Source: a virus (taxonomy: Duplodnaviria; Caudoviricetes). Taken from it: a stretch of 38,357 nt of DNA. The number at the start of each line of letters is the position of its first letter. Positions within the stretch are counted from its first letter, which is position 1. This document shows, piece by piece, positions 1-7,502 of this stretch. A program made the translations under genes and the position numbers. The DNA lies in IMG/VR virus record IMGVR_UViG_3300007735_000699, positions 1 to 38,357 of that record. One strand, written 5' to 3'. Under the pieces are notes generated by a model. The model did no database searches. It was not told the DNA's origin and saw only the letters and a program-made list of their open reading frames with translations.

Positions 1-127
1 GGCAGCGTTCGCGCCGCTTTGACAAGCTCACCGACGCTAGAACCTGGAGGGACGAGACACGCCGGCGTAAGCAGATGGGTGGAATGGCTCACCTCCTGCC
101 CGTGAACCTCACGCTGACCGAGTTCAC
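1..127. repeat. Terminal direct repeat, identical to 38231-38357; indicates a circular or circularly permuted genome of ~38,230 bp
   Basis: ggcagcgttc...accgagttcac occurs at both ends; 127 nt is a typical assembler k-mer overlap. Confidence 0.95.
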
Positions 128-1046
128 TCGCAGGTGGCTAGAGGCGAAGGTTCCTGAACTCTCACCCAACACGGTTCGGGGGTATGACTTCTTGCTGAAC
201 CGCCACGTCCTTCCGTTCTTGGGATCGTTCCAGCTCTCCGAGCTGCGCCCGAGCGTGGTCGCTCAATGGCAGGACGAGCGGTTGGCTGACGGGTGCGGGC
301 GGCGTTCCATCGCTCAGGCCCAAGCCCTTCTCTCGACTATCTGCCGGGCGGCGGTTGCTAGGGAACTGATGCAGGCGAACCCTTGCGATCCCATCGCTGC
401 GCCCAAGCGAACGAAGAAGTCCGTGATACCGCTGAACCCTTACGAAGTCGAAGCAATCCGTGACCATATGTTCTCCGAGGATCAGGTGATGGAGGCAACC
501 CTTGTCTCGGTGATGGCATACGCCGGGCTTCGCCCCTCCGAAGCGTTCGCCCTTACTTGGGAGGACTTGGCTAACGACCGCATACGAGTCACGAAGAAGG
601 TGGTAGAGGGAGAGGTGGTGCCTTACACCAAGACGCAGGTTCCTCGCAGCGTGACGGTGCGCGGGCCGCTCCAGGGCGACCTGACCGAGCTGGCAATCCT
701 GATGGACTACCCCCATAGTAAGGAGCTGATCTTCGCCCGCCCCGACGGTAAGCCAATGACCCGCACCGATATTGGGAACTTCCGGCGCAGGGTATTCAGC
801 CCCGCCCGACTTGCCGCTGACCGCCCAGACGCTACGCCCTACCACCTGCGCCATTCGTTTGCCTCAATGCTGATAGTCGAAGGCGAACTCTCGCTGCCCG
901 AGATCGCCGTCGAGTGTGGACACGATCTGGCAACGCTCGTCAAGAACTACGCGCACGTCGTTCAGGGTGCGAACAACAACATTTCTTTCGCTGAACAGAT
1001 TCGGGAAGCCCGCGAACAAAAAACAAAGAGTCAGGCGGCGGCATAG
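1..1046 (+). CDS. int: Tyrosine integrase, C-terminal part; true start at 38161 across the junction, ~371 aa
   Basis: AGLRPSEAFAL (R), KT (K), YHLRHSFAS (HxxR), GHD...YAH (H, catalytic Y); SAM-like core-binding domain; in frame with the ATG at 38161. Confidence 0.95.
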   Translation, partial: QRSRRFDKLTDARTWRDETRRRKQMGGMAHLLPVNLTLTEFTRRWLEAKVPELSPNTVRGYDFLLNRHVLPFLGSFQLSELRPSVVAQWQDERLADGCGRRSIAQAQALLSTICRAAVARELMQANPCDPIAAPKRTKKSVIPLNPYEVEAIRDHMFSEDQVMEATLVSVMAYAGLRPSEAFALTWEDLANDRIRVTKKVVEGEVVPYTKTQVPRSVTVRGPLQGDLTELAILMDYPHSKELIFARPDGKPMTRTDIGNFRRRVFSPARLAADRPDATPYHLRHSFASMLIVEGELSLPEIAVECGHDLATLVKNYAHVVQGANNNISFAEQIREAREQKTKSQAAA

Positions 1047-1320
1047 GGAATGTTCGCGTGGCGTTGTCGGAAGAGTTGCAGACCCCCCGTATTCCGTCCG
1101 GCAAGGTGGGTAAAACCCCTGCTAATGATGAAAGGTGGACGACGGGACTCGAACCCGCGACCTCCCGGACCACAACCGAGAGAGGTTGGGAAATGGGAGA
1201 TAGCGTGGGAATGGCGCAACGCTTCGTGGAGCGCCACAAACCGCTTGCCCAAGCGAGATCGTGGAACGCTGATCGGTCAATGGGAATGGCCCGCGTTTCC
1301 CAGAAGTCCAATCCATTCCC
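1046..1320. repeat. GGGAATG(G) repeats flanking the attP core; candidate integrase arm-type sites
   Basis: GGGAATG 1046-1052, TGGGAAATGGGA 1187-1198, TGGGAATGGC 1206-1215 and 1281-1290, inverted CCATTCCC 1313-1320. Confidence 0.55.
1134..1180 (-). other. attP: attP core: 3' half of a tRNA-His(GTG) gene (anticodon arm, T arm, acceptor 3' strand)
   Basis: Minus strand reads CTCGG-TTGTGGT-CCGGG AGGTC GCGGG-TTCGAGT-CCCGT CGTCCACC; no D arm or 5' acceptor strand upstream; lies directly downstream of int. Confidence 0.85.
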
Positions 1321-1441
1321 CTGACGATGTTCGCGCCCCGTTGTCGGTCGCCTCTGAACTCAATGTGTGTTCCGAGTGCGGGGCGACCACCGTTCAGACC
1401 CCTGACGGGTGGCGCTGCGACCGCTGCGGGGTGGCTTTCTG

Positions 1442-1945
1442 ATGATCGCTATGCTTGCGGTTGCGACCGCTCTTGCGCTGCCCGCACCAGCTCAGGCCGA
1501 GTGTCAGCACCCCGCCTACCCCGAGATCAACGCCGCGCACAAGCGTTGGGTTCATCGCCTTTACCACAACCCCTGGCTCCCGAAGAAGGCGGTCGCTAAA
1601 CACCGTCGCCTTTACCAATGCGCCCCCTCTGCGGCGCAGCGTCGAGCGATGGCCCGCCGCTGGCGGATCGTCAAGCACCCGACTAGGGGCGTAGCGATCC
1701 CGAACTATGGCACTTGGATAAACGTCGGTAGGTGCGAAGCCCCCGGCCCCGGAAGGTGGGGCGTGTGGTGGTCATTCAAGGGCAGCACCTACTCGGGAGG
1801 ACTTGGCTTCTACAACCAAAGTTGGCTTGCCTTTCGCCCCGATGGTGCGCCGTTCTCAGCGGGCGATGCGACTTGGCGGCAGCAGATGCAGGCCGCTAAC
1901 AATCTTTGGGCCTCTGTGGGTTGGGGCTGGGGGTGCGGAGGGTGA
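1442..1945 (+). CDS. Secreted Rpf-like (resuscitation-promoting factor / transglycosylase-like) protein
   Basis: Signal peptide MIAMLAVATALALPAPAQA; W..VGRCE...YSGGLGF...SW...A.DAT..QQM..A...W.C resembles the Rpf domain pattern. Confidence 0.75.
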   Translation: MIAMLAVATALALPAPAQAECQHPAYPEINAAHKRWVHRLYHNPWLPKKAVAKHRRLYQCAPSAAQRRAMARRWRIVKHPTRGVAIPNYGTWINVGRCEAPGPGRWGVWWSFKGSTYSGGLGFYNQSWLAFRPDGAPFSAGDATWRQQMQAANNLWASVGWGWGCGG

Positions 1946-2028
1946 GCAAGGAAGCAATCGGAGCCTTGCTTAGTGGAATCTTTGCCGCGCTACTTCTCGC
2001 CGCCATCTTCTTTGGGTGGGGAATGTGA
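1942..2028 (+). CDS. 28-aa single-TM micropeptide, not in the ORF track
   Basis: GTG overlaps the upstream TGA; MSKEAIGALLSGIFAALLLAAIFFGWGM; its stop overlaps the next GTG. Confidence 0.6.
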   Translation: MSKEAIGALLSGIFAALLLAAIFFGWGM

Positions 2029-2258
2029 GCAAGCGCAAGACAGCGCAGGGCGGGCCGAAGAAGCAGGAGCCAGAGTCCAAGCGGCGCTGGGTAATCCTGA
2101 ACGCCAAGACCAATAAGCCAATGCTCGGCAACGACGAGGGTGTGAGCAACGAAGACAAAGCTCACCGCCTCTCTGACTCGTATCTAATGGAGACAATCGT
2201 GGTGCCGCTTTGGGAATGGAGAGGGGAACCCGACCCGGACGCTGATCCCGACGAGTGA
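2025..2258 (+). CDS. Hypothetical protein
   Basis: GTGA-coupled to its neighbours on both sides. Confidence 0.6.
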   Translation: MSKRKTAQGGPKKQEPESKRRWVILNAKTNKPMLGNDEGVSNEDKAHRLSDSYLMETIVVPLWEWRGEPDPDADPDE

Positions 2259-2656
2259 GCGTCGGTCGCCGCATAGATTCCCTGCTTGCAGGTATGGCGA
2301 TAGTTGCTGAGGGCAAGGCATCTTCCCTCACCCCTTCTATCTCGGGAGGTGAGCGCGACTTCTCCCCCCGATCTACCGGCGACTCGATGCACGATGAATG
2401 GGCCGGACTCTTCGCTCGACTCGCAGACCTGGCTGAAGTAGAAGCCGAACGATTCAGGGGCGGCGCTGCCTTTCGTCCCTCTCCCCGTGAAGACAAGGAG
2501 CTGCGGAACGCCCGCATACTTGTATTCGAGGATCGGCATAGCCTCTTCGTGGCCTACGTCACGGGAGTCTCAGAGGATACGGTTCGCTCAGTAAGGCAGA
2601 AGGCAGGGAGAAACCCGATCAGCGGCAGGTTATCTGCGGAGTTTGCGGAAGAGTGA
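2255..2656 (+). CDS. Hypothetical protein, possible C-terminal HTH
   Basis: Coupled start; VAYVTGVSEDTVRSVR is HTH-like. Confidence 0.55.
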   Translation: MSVGRRIDSLLAGMAIVAEGKASSLTPSISGGERDFSPRSTGDSMHDEWAGLFARLADLAEVEAERFRGGAAFRPSPREDKELRNARILVFEDRHSLFVAYVTGVSEDTVRSVRQKAGRNPISGRLSAEFAEE

Positions 2657-2888
2657 CTATCCCTTATATAAGACTCTCTAACGGAGGTGGTAATCTACGC
2701 CTGAACTTGGGGAGTAGTGCGCCCATTCGCACCCCCCGGCATAGTCGTATCCACCCTATGCCCCTTGCCAATAGCGGCACCTCCGGCTTGGCGATCACGC
2801 CTCCCGTAAGGACAGCTCCCGTCAGTAGCGCCGTCGCACTATGCGGCGCGACGACCGTTGGCGCAGCCCCCGTCAGGGGGTAAGGCTT

Positions 2889-3452
2889 ATGAGTAAGACA
2901 CCCGCCACCACCAAGAAGAAGAACCCGGCAGGGCCGGCGTGGTCGGTCGAGGATCGGGAAGAAGCTCTCGCCCTACTCGCCCTCTACAACGGGACAGCGA
3001 CCACCGCTGCCGCCGAGATGACCACGCTCAAAGGTAAGGAACTCTCACCTGCCACCCTGCGCTCCTGGAAGTCCCGTCACAGGGATAGATACGAAGAGAT
3101 AAGGGAAGACCTTCAGCGGCGGGTGAAGTCCCGCTCAGCGGAGAACCACGCCCGTCTAGCGGAGCGTGCCGCTGCGGTAGTGGACAACCTTCTCGAACGG
3201 TTGGAGCAAGAGGGTCACGAAATCCCGATCAGCCAAGTCCCGACCGCTGCCCGGTCAATCGCTACGGTTGCCGGTATCCATACTGATAAGGCCCGCGACC
3301 TGCGCGGCGACCCCACCGTAATCCAGCACCAGCGGCTAGATTGGAACGCCCTTCAGCGATCCCTCCAAGCGAAGGGTGTGGAGGTAGTGATCGAGTCCAC
3401 CGCCGAAGAGATCACCGAAGCAGAGGAAGTCACGAATGAAGACACCGACTAG
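2889..3452 (+). CDS. terS: Putative terminase small subunit (N-terminal HTH plus helical body)
   Basis: WSVEDREEALALL...AAAEM...PATLRSWK HTH followed by a helical region and GI.TDK...L.G.PT motif typical of TerS-like proteins. Confidence 0.55.
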   Translation: MSKTPATTKKKNPAGPAWSVEDREEALALLALYNGTATTAAAEMTTLKGKELSPATLRSWKSRHRDRYEEIREDLQRRVKSRSAENHARLAERAAAVVDNLLERLEQEGHEIPISQVPTAARSIATVAGIHTDKARDLRGDPTVIQHQRLDWNALQRSLQAKGVEVVIESTAEEITEAEEVTNEDTD

Positions 3453-3663
3453 CGGCACCCAGAACTTCAGAGTCTCGCCCAAGTGGGGCGGCATCTGCGC
3501 TAAGTGCAGGTCCGACCTCACGATCCGCACCCGACTCGACGGAAGAACCCGGTCCAAGCAGAACTCCAACGGGAGAATCTACTGCTCGAACCGGGCCTGC
3601 CTTCACTTCACCCACCCCCACCCGACCGGGTGGAAGCTCAACCGGGGTGGCCTACTCCCCTGA
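3436..3663 (+). CDS. Small zinc-binding protein
   Basis: CAKC...YCSNRAC; overlaps the end of terS. Confidence 0.5.
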   Translation: MKTPTSGTQNFRVSPKWGGICAKCRSDLTIRTRLDGRTRSKQNSNGRIYCSNRACLHFTHPHPTGWKLNRGGLLP

Positions 3664-3912
3664 GTTTCGCCGCGCCTCTTCCTCCAGCTCGGCGGCGATT
3701 TCTTCCCGAGTCCTCACCCTTCGCTTCGTCTTCTGCCAATGCTCGACGAACGCCTTCACTTCGTCAGCGTCCCAGATTCGCCCGCACCGCAGGGTAGCCA
3801 GCGGTTCAGGGAATCCAGGGCGGTCGGTCAGGTATTGGGCCATCGCTTTCGTCAGCACGTTTTCGTGCCTTATTTCGTAGAGGCTACATAGCCTCGGTTT
3901 AGAGTCGGTCAA
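3652..3912 (-). CDS. AlpA/excisionase-like DNA-binding protein; last gene of the leftward cassette
   Basis: RPGFPEPLATLRCGRIWDADEVKAF is an AlpA-type winged-HTH motif. Confidence 0.65.
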   Translation of the reverse strand: MTDSKPRLCSLYEIRHENVLTKAMAQYLTDRPGFPEPLATLRCGRIWDADEVKAFVEHWQKTKRRVRTREEIAAELEEEARRNSGE

Positions 3913-3985
3913 GAAACCCTCCGATCAGGTAGAGAACAAGGCAGTAGCCGACACCGAACAGGAAACAGTAAGCGCCTTCGGTCAC
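3899..3985 (-). CDS. 28-aa TM micropeptide (paralogue 2)
   Basis: GTG start coupled to the previous TGA; MTEGAYCFLFGVGYCLVLYLIGGFLDRL. Confidence 0.55.
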   Translation of the reverse strand: MTEGAYCFLFGVGYCLVLYLIGGFLDRL

Positions 3986-4062
3986 GACAGCACCACCCCC
4001 ACGACGTAGAGAAGAACGGATAGGCCAACGCCTACTCCGAGACAGAGGATCGGTTCGCTCAT
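3982..4062 (-). CDS. 26-aa TM micropeptide (paralogue 1)
   Basis: ATGA overlap, GGAGGT upstream; MSEPILCLGVGVGLSVLLYVVGVVLS. Confidence 0.55.
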   Translation of the reverse strand: MSEPILCLGVGVGLSVLLYVVGVVLS

Positions 4063-4286
4063 ACCTCCACCTCCACCCCGTTCGCGGCGAGGATTTCTTC
4101 GTCACTTGGATCGGCTCCGCAGCTCTCGCAGGAATAGGAAAAGAAATCCCATTCCCCGTTCGACGCGTCCACGTGTGCCACCTTGCCCCCGTCAAGGGCA
4201 AGAGGCACGTCAACCAGATACCGAGCCGCAAGCGTCCCGATCTCGGAGCAACTTGGACACTTGATCTCGTCGTGTGCGATCTTCAT
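4059..4286 (-). CDS. Zinc-ribbon protein
   Basis: MKIAHDEIKCPSC...YSCESCG; ATGA coupling and GGAGG SD; start is later than the one in the ORF track. Confidence 0.7.
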   Translation of the reverse strand: MKIAHDEIKCPSCSEIGTLAARYLVDVPLALDGGKVAHVDASNGEWDFFSYSCESCGADPSDEEILAANGVEVEV

Positions 4287-4471
4287 TGCTTCCCTCCATT
4301 CTTGTTTTCGATTAGCAGCACCGCCGCCACCCCCACGAAGAAGGCAGCGGCGATACCCGTCACAACCAGAGTCACCGGCATAACGCCGGCGTGAACCTCC
4401 TGCGGAAACACCGCCCCGGTCAAGACCAGGGCGATGCAACCGAAGAGTTTGGGCGGGGTGGTCGGGTTCAC
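4283..4471 (-). CDS. Small two-TM membrane protein
   Basis: Two hydrophobic stretches; coupled starts and stops. Confidence 0.65.
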   Translation of the reverse strand: MNPTTPPKLFGCIALVLTGAVFPQEVHAGVMPVTLVVTGIAAAFFVGVAAVLLIENKNGGKQ

Positions 4472-4656
4472 TTGCCCCTCCCCTCCCTCTTCTTATTGCG
4501 GCGGGCAATCTCAGCCTGAACCGCCTGAACACCTTTGGCATACTCCGCCGCGTCCTTTGCGAACCGCTCGGCCTGCTCTGCGTAGTCCTCGACCTTATCG
4601 GCCAGCCACTTATCGCCAGCCTCAGCCAACTCTTTTCTGTCGGTTATTATGAACAC
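4468..4656 (-). CDS. Small coiled-coil protein
   Basis: GTG start after SD GGAAGAGGTGAATA. Confidence 0.7.
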   Translation of the reverse strand: MFIITDRKELAEAGDKWLADKVEDYAEQAERFAKDAAEYAKGVQAVQAEIARRNKKREGRGK

Positions 4657-4675
4657 TATTCACCTCTTCCTATTC

Positions 4676-4751
4676 ACCTACCGAGCTTATTCCCGATAGG
4701 TAGGGCGCAACCCCGGACTCGAACCGGGGCGCGGGCCTGGAACCCTTACGC
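4676..4751 (-). ncRNA. tRNA-like three-way junction copy E (4705-4751) plus AAUAAG-loop hairpin (4676-4701)
   Basis: GCGTAA/GGG-TTCCAGG-CCC/GCG/CCCCGG-TTCGAGT-CCGGGG/TTGCGC, then ACCTATCGGG-AATAAG-CTCGGTAGGT. Confidence 0.75.
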
Positions 4752-5015
4752 GATTTCACTTCCGAACGGGACCGCTTGTATGCCACACCCGCCGGCATAC
4801 GAACGGTATCCCTCCACCGACTTCTCCCCCTCTTGGGTCAGCCAAGCGCCGGGCCTACTCTGGTCCAGCTCCACCAGCCCGGCATCTTCCGCCCGCCCCA
4901 AGTCTTCTTCTGGGTGGTATGGATTCTCGCTCAGCCACCATTGGTCGGAAAGGTCGGGACCGTAATCCCGCACCGTGACCAACAGATGCCTCAGATCGTA
5001 AATATCTTCGTGCAT
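4746..5015 (-). CDS. Hypothetical protein, possibly winged-helix
   Basis: ATG after GAATAGGAAGAGGTGAAGAA; ...AEDAGLVE...WLTQEG is a wHTH-like tail. Confidence 0.65.
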   Translation of the reverse strand: MHEDIYDLRHLLVTVRDYGPDLSDQWWLSENPYHPEEDLGRAEDAGLVELDQSRPGAWLTQEGEKSVEGYRSYAGGCGIQAVPFGSEIA

Positions 5016-5053
5016 TTCTTCACCTCTTCCTATTCGCTTTGACTTACCCCTAC

Positions 5054-5062
5054 ACCGTAGCA
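5054..5062 (-). promoter_or_regulatory. Extended -10 promoter P3 (TGcTACGGT)
   Basis: Same TGnTACGGTG as at 6594-6603; lies ~40 nt upstream of an ATG in an intergenic gap; no clear -35. Confidence 0.5.
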
Positions 5063-5088
5063 TATTGCCCGGCGTAGCGTCGCCACCC

Positions 5089-5715
5089 TTAGAAGGGTAT
5101 GGCGACCTCTTCAGCGGTTGCTACCGCCGTCAAGACTTCCCGCTTCGCGTCCGGGGTCTTACTCAGAAGCTCGACCACCGCCTCTACGCTCCGCTTGGGT
5201 TTCCGATCCTCACCCCGCACCGCTTCGCGCACCTTCTCCGCTTCCCCTTCGACCAGACTTAGCAGCGGTTCCTCTTCGCCCGCTTCGATCATTGGGGTAG
5301 CCTTCACCTGCGCCGCCGTGAACACCGGCCAGGGATAGAACCCCGGCCCTTTCGTGATATACCCGGCAGCTCCGGCCCCTTTCGGGATCGCTGCGCCCCA
5401 CCTCTTCCATTCTGCGAAGGTTCCGACCACCTCCCCCGGCACCTGCCACGCTATGAGCGCGGCATTAGTAGGGGTAGCGTCCGGGTGTAGTCGTATGGCC
5501 TTCAGGATCAGGGGCGCGGCCCGCTCGGGGTCTTCCTCTATCCATTCGACCATCTCCCGCAACCGGGCGGAATGTTCCAACCGCGCCGCCCTCTTCTCCG
5601 CTTTCGTGCGGAAAGAATGCAGCGGGCGCTTCGCACTTCCACCCGCTGCCCGGTATGAATCGCGCAGGGCGTGGCGCTCTTCCTCTTCGATGAGCTGCGC
5701 GGCGGTCTTAGGCAT
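5089..5715 (-). CDS. ArdC-like N-terminal ssDNA-binding domain protein (anti-restriction candidate)
   Basis: NAALIAWQ....VGTFAEWKRWGAAIPKGA resembles the ArdC/DUF1738 N..L..Q...TF..W...G..V.KG motif; start MPKTAA overlaps the upstream stop. Confidence 0.65.
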   Translation of the reverse strand: MPKTAAQLIEEEERHALRDSYRAAGGSAKRPLHSFRTKAEKRAARLEHSARLREMVEWIEEDPERAAPLILKAIRLHPDATPTNAALIAWQVPGEVVGTFAEWKRWGAAIPKGAGAAGYITKGPGFYPWPVFTAAQVKATPMIEAGEEEPLLSLVEGEAEKVREAVRGEDRKPKRSVEAVVELLSKTPDAKREVLTAVATAEEVAIPF

Positions 5716-6034
5716 CGTCGCCCTCCAGCGGGGGGCAATGCCCGGTCCTGCACCCCGCCGTGTCCATCTCGGAGAGGTCGCCATAAATCCGCCCGCAGTT
5801 TTCGCAGGGATACCCCTCCACCTTCTCGACCGTATCCCCCGCCGTATAGCGGGCAATATCTTCCATCTCCACGAAATCGCCTACCCCGGGCGTGTATTCG
5901 ACTTCTACCGTGAAGTCACCGCGCACGAATACCGAACGCACCGATAGCACCTCACCCGTTCCCCCCTCCTCATCGCGCACGATATCGCCGGGGCGCAGGT
6001 CTTCTGCCTTTATTCTTCTCACTTCTCTGCTCAT
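5708..6034 (-). CDS. Small protein with SH3-like barrel and C-terminal zinc knuckle
   Basis: KAEDLRPGDIV...GEVLSV; CENC...GC...C; SD GAAAGGTGG. Confidence 0.65.
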   Translation of the reverse strand: MSREVRRIKAEDLRPGDIVRDEEGGTGEVLSVRSVFVRGDFTVEVEYTPGVGDFVEMEDIARYTAGDTVEKVEGYPCENCGRIYGDLSEMDTAGCRTGHCPPLEGDDA

Positions 6035-6055
6035 CTCTTCCACCTTTCCTAGTCA

Positions 6056-6134
6056 CCCGCCCGGCCCTATTGCCGAACGGGAAACCCGCGCCGCCGGGAT
6101 CGAACCGGCTAGGGGCATCGAACCCCGGCGCAGG
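6056..6134 (-). ncRNA. tRNA-like three-way junction copy D (6085-6134) plus AAUAGG-loop hairpin (6056-6081)
   Basis: CCTGCGCC/GGGG-TTCGATG-CCCC/TA/GCCGG-TTCGATC-CCGGC/GGCGCGGG, then CCCGTTCGGC-AATAGG-GCCGGGCGGG. Confidence 0.8.
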
Positions 6135-6142
6135 GGGGGGCG

Positions 6143-6541
6143 CTAATCCTCTTCCCCGTATAGCTCCTCATATGCGGTATCCGTGATCTCGATAGCGATT
6201 TCGTGGATCACCGCGTCGCACATTCCCTCCGGGGTATTGCGCTCCATCTGGAGAACCGGCTCGACGTTGGCGAGCGCTGGAGAATCGGCGACTAGGGCGA
6301 TTTTCTCCCCGGTATATACCGGGACGGCCCCTTCTGCTACCTCCCCCAAGTTCTCGGGAGAGTTTCCCCCCTCAATCCATTCGATCACCGTTTCTACTAC
6401 CCCAACCGCCCAATCTCGGAGGGTATTGCCCCCGTAAAGCTCGGACGCGTCAAGGTAATCCCACGCCACCCGCTGCGCCGGGGTGATCTCCCCCGCCTTC
6501 TCCCGCTCTTCGCGGCTCCACCTTTTTAGCTCTTCGCTCAT
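6143..6541 (-). CDS. Ocr (T7 gp0.3)-like acidic DNA-mimic protein
   Basis: Very acidic; LGEVAEGAVPVYTGEKIALVAD resembles Ocr [22 protein letters not shown]; acidic C-terminal helix; SD GAAGAGGTGAGAAGA. Confidence 0.65.
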   Translation of the reverse strand: MSEELKRWSREEREKAGEITPAQRVAWDYLDASELYGGNTLRDWAVGVVETVIEWIEGGNSPENLGEVAEGAVPVYTGEKIALVADSPALANVEPVLQMERNTPEGMCDAVIHEIAIEITDTAYEELYGEED

Positions 6542-6594
6542 TCTTCTCACCTCTTCCCGGGGTCTTCGCCCCTTCGCTTTTCTATTCACTCTGC

Positions 6595-6623
6595 ACCGTA
6601 TCAAAAACACCGGCGGCACGCAA
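6595..6623 (-). promoter_or_regulatory. Sigma70-type promoter P2 for the ocr-like gene, overlapping a terminator-like hairpin
   Basis: TTGCGT-N17-TACGGT with extended TG; overlapped by CGGCGGC-loop-GCCGCCG-GTGTTTTT. Confidence 0.6.
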
Positions 6624-6648
6624 TCCCGCCGCCGTTCACCTCTTCCAC

Positions 6649-6825
6649 CTATGCCGCCCGGCTACCCTTCGCCGGTATCAGATACCCGCCCCGGATCAGC
6701 TCTCGCCGCCGCTCGATGCATCGCCGGCAAGCCCCAGGGCCGCGCACCGCCCCCCGCCCGCATACCCGGCAGGGGTGGTATTCGCTCAAGAATCGGGCAA
6801 CCTGCGCCCGCTCACCTTTTCGCAC
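6649..6825 (-). CDS. 58-aa basic zinc-finger protein, not in the ORF track
   Basis: GTG after GGAAGAGGTGAGCAA; MRKGERAQVARFLSEYHPCRVCGRGAVRGPGACRRCIERR... Confidence 0.65.
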   Translation of the reverse strand: MRKGERAQVARFLSEYHPCRVCGRGAVRGPGACRRCIERRRELIRGGYLIPAKGSRAA

Positions 6826-6847
6826 TTGCTCACCTCTTCCCTATTCC

Positions 6848-6924
6848 CCCGCCCGGGCCTATTCCCGGACGGGTAAAGCGCGGGCCGGGACTCGAACCCG
6901 GCGCGGGCCTAAACCCGCCGCGCT
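6848..6924 (-). ncRNA. tRNA-like three-way junction copy C (6877-6924) plus AAUAGG-loop hairpin (6848-6873)
   Basis: AGCGCGG/CGGG-TTTAGG-CCCG/C/GCCGGG-TTCGAGT-CCCGGC/CCGCGCT, then CCCGTCCGGG-AATAGG-CCCGGGCGGG. Confidence 0.8.
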
Positions 6925-6933
6925 ACCGCCGCC

Positions 6934-7167
6934 CTATTCGGGGCGAATGTATGCCCCCCGCGACCACGACGGGGGCAAGCTCGCCCGTCCGGGGCGCTCG
7001 TCCCATTGCACTAGGAATGCGGGGCGAGCGGTGAACGGGGGCAGATTCTCTCCCCCTAGCGTGCGCGTGATCCTCTCCCCATAATCCGGGGCGGGATCGG
7101 TTATCACCTGCACGATCTGCCCCGCCGCGTTGCCCGTCCAATGCGCTACCCGTGAACCCGTTTTCAT
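6934..7167 (-). CDS. Small SH3/Tudor-like hypothetical protein
   Basis: MKTGSRVAHW...GQIVQV...FLVQWD; strong SD GAAGAGGTGAAGA. Confidence 0.7.
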   Translation of the reverse strand: MKTGSRVAHWTGNAAGQIVQVITDPAPDYGERITRTLGGENLPPFTARPAFLVQWDERPGRASLPPSWSRGAYIRPE

Positions 7168-7187
7168 TCTTCACCTCTTCCATTCCA

Positions 7188-7259
7188 CCTCGCCCCTATT
7201 GGCGAGGAATACCGCGCCCCGGACTCGAACCGGGAACCGGGCCTAATCCCGGCGCGGCA
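7188..7259 (-). ncRNA. tRNA-like three-way junction copy B (7210-7259) plus AAUAGG-loop hairpin (7188-7207)
   Basis: TGCCGCGC/CGGG-ATTAGG-CCCG/GTT/CCCGG-TTCGAGT-CCGGG/GCGCGGTA, then CCTCGCC-AATAGG-GGCGAGG. Confidence 0.8.
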
Positions 7260-7265
7260 GGTTTG

Positions 7266-7481
7266 CTACGCGTTCCGATTGGCAACCCGCGCCGCAACCT
7301 CCGGCGTGGTCACGAAAACATCGGTTGCGATGAGATCACCCGCGCCAATCAGCTCGTCAATGACGCGCTCAATGCCCGCGCCGTATAGATCCCCTAGCCA
7401 TTCCCGCTCACAATAGAGGCCGTTCGATTCCCAATCGTGAACCTTTCGCATTACCTGCGCCGCCGTTACCTTCTCGCTCAT
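7266..7481 (-). CDS. Small hypothetical protein
   Basis: ATG after GAAAGGTGAAAGTT. Confidence 0.7.
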   Translation of the reverse strand: MSEKVTAAQVMRKVHDWESNGLYCEREWLGDLYGAGIERVIDELIGAGDLIATDVFVTTPEVAARVANRNA

Positions 7482-7502
7482 AACTTTCACCTTTCGATTT
7501 CA

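Noticed and set aside
1134-1215. Full tRNA-His gene
   Set aside because: Only the anticodon arm to the 3' end is present; the upstream sequence cannot form a D arm or the 5' acceptor strand, so it is treated as attP
1050-1442. 130-aa ORF spanning attP
   Set aside because: Its 5' half crosses the att core and arm repeats; only the 3' CxxC...CxxC zinc-ribbon end looks coding, and I cannot place its start
2837-2848. 12-mer CACTATGCGGCG shared with the P1 promoter spacer (7918-7929) as a possible operator
   Set aside because: Only two copies of a short GC-rich word; too weak without further instances
5950-6034. Intein/Hint domain suggested by KAEDLRPGDIV
   Set aside because: The protein is too short and lacks the N-terminal C/S and C-terminal HN splice motifs
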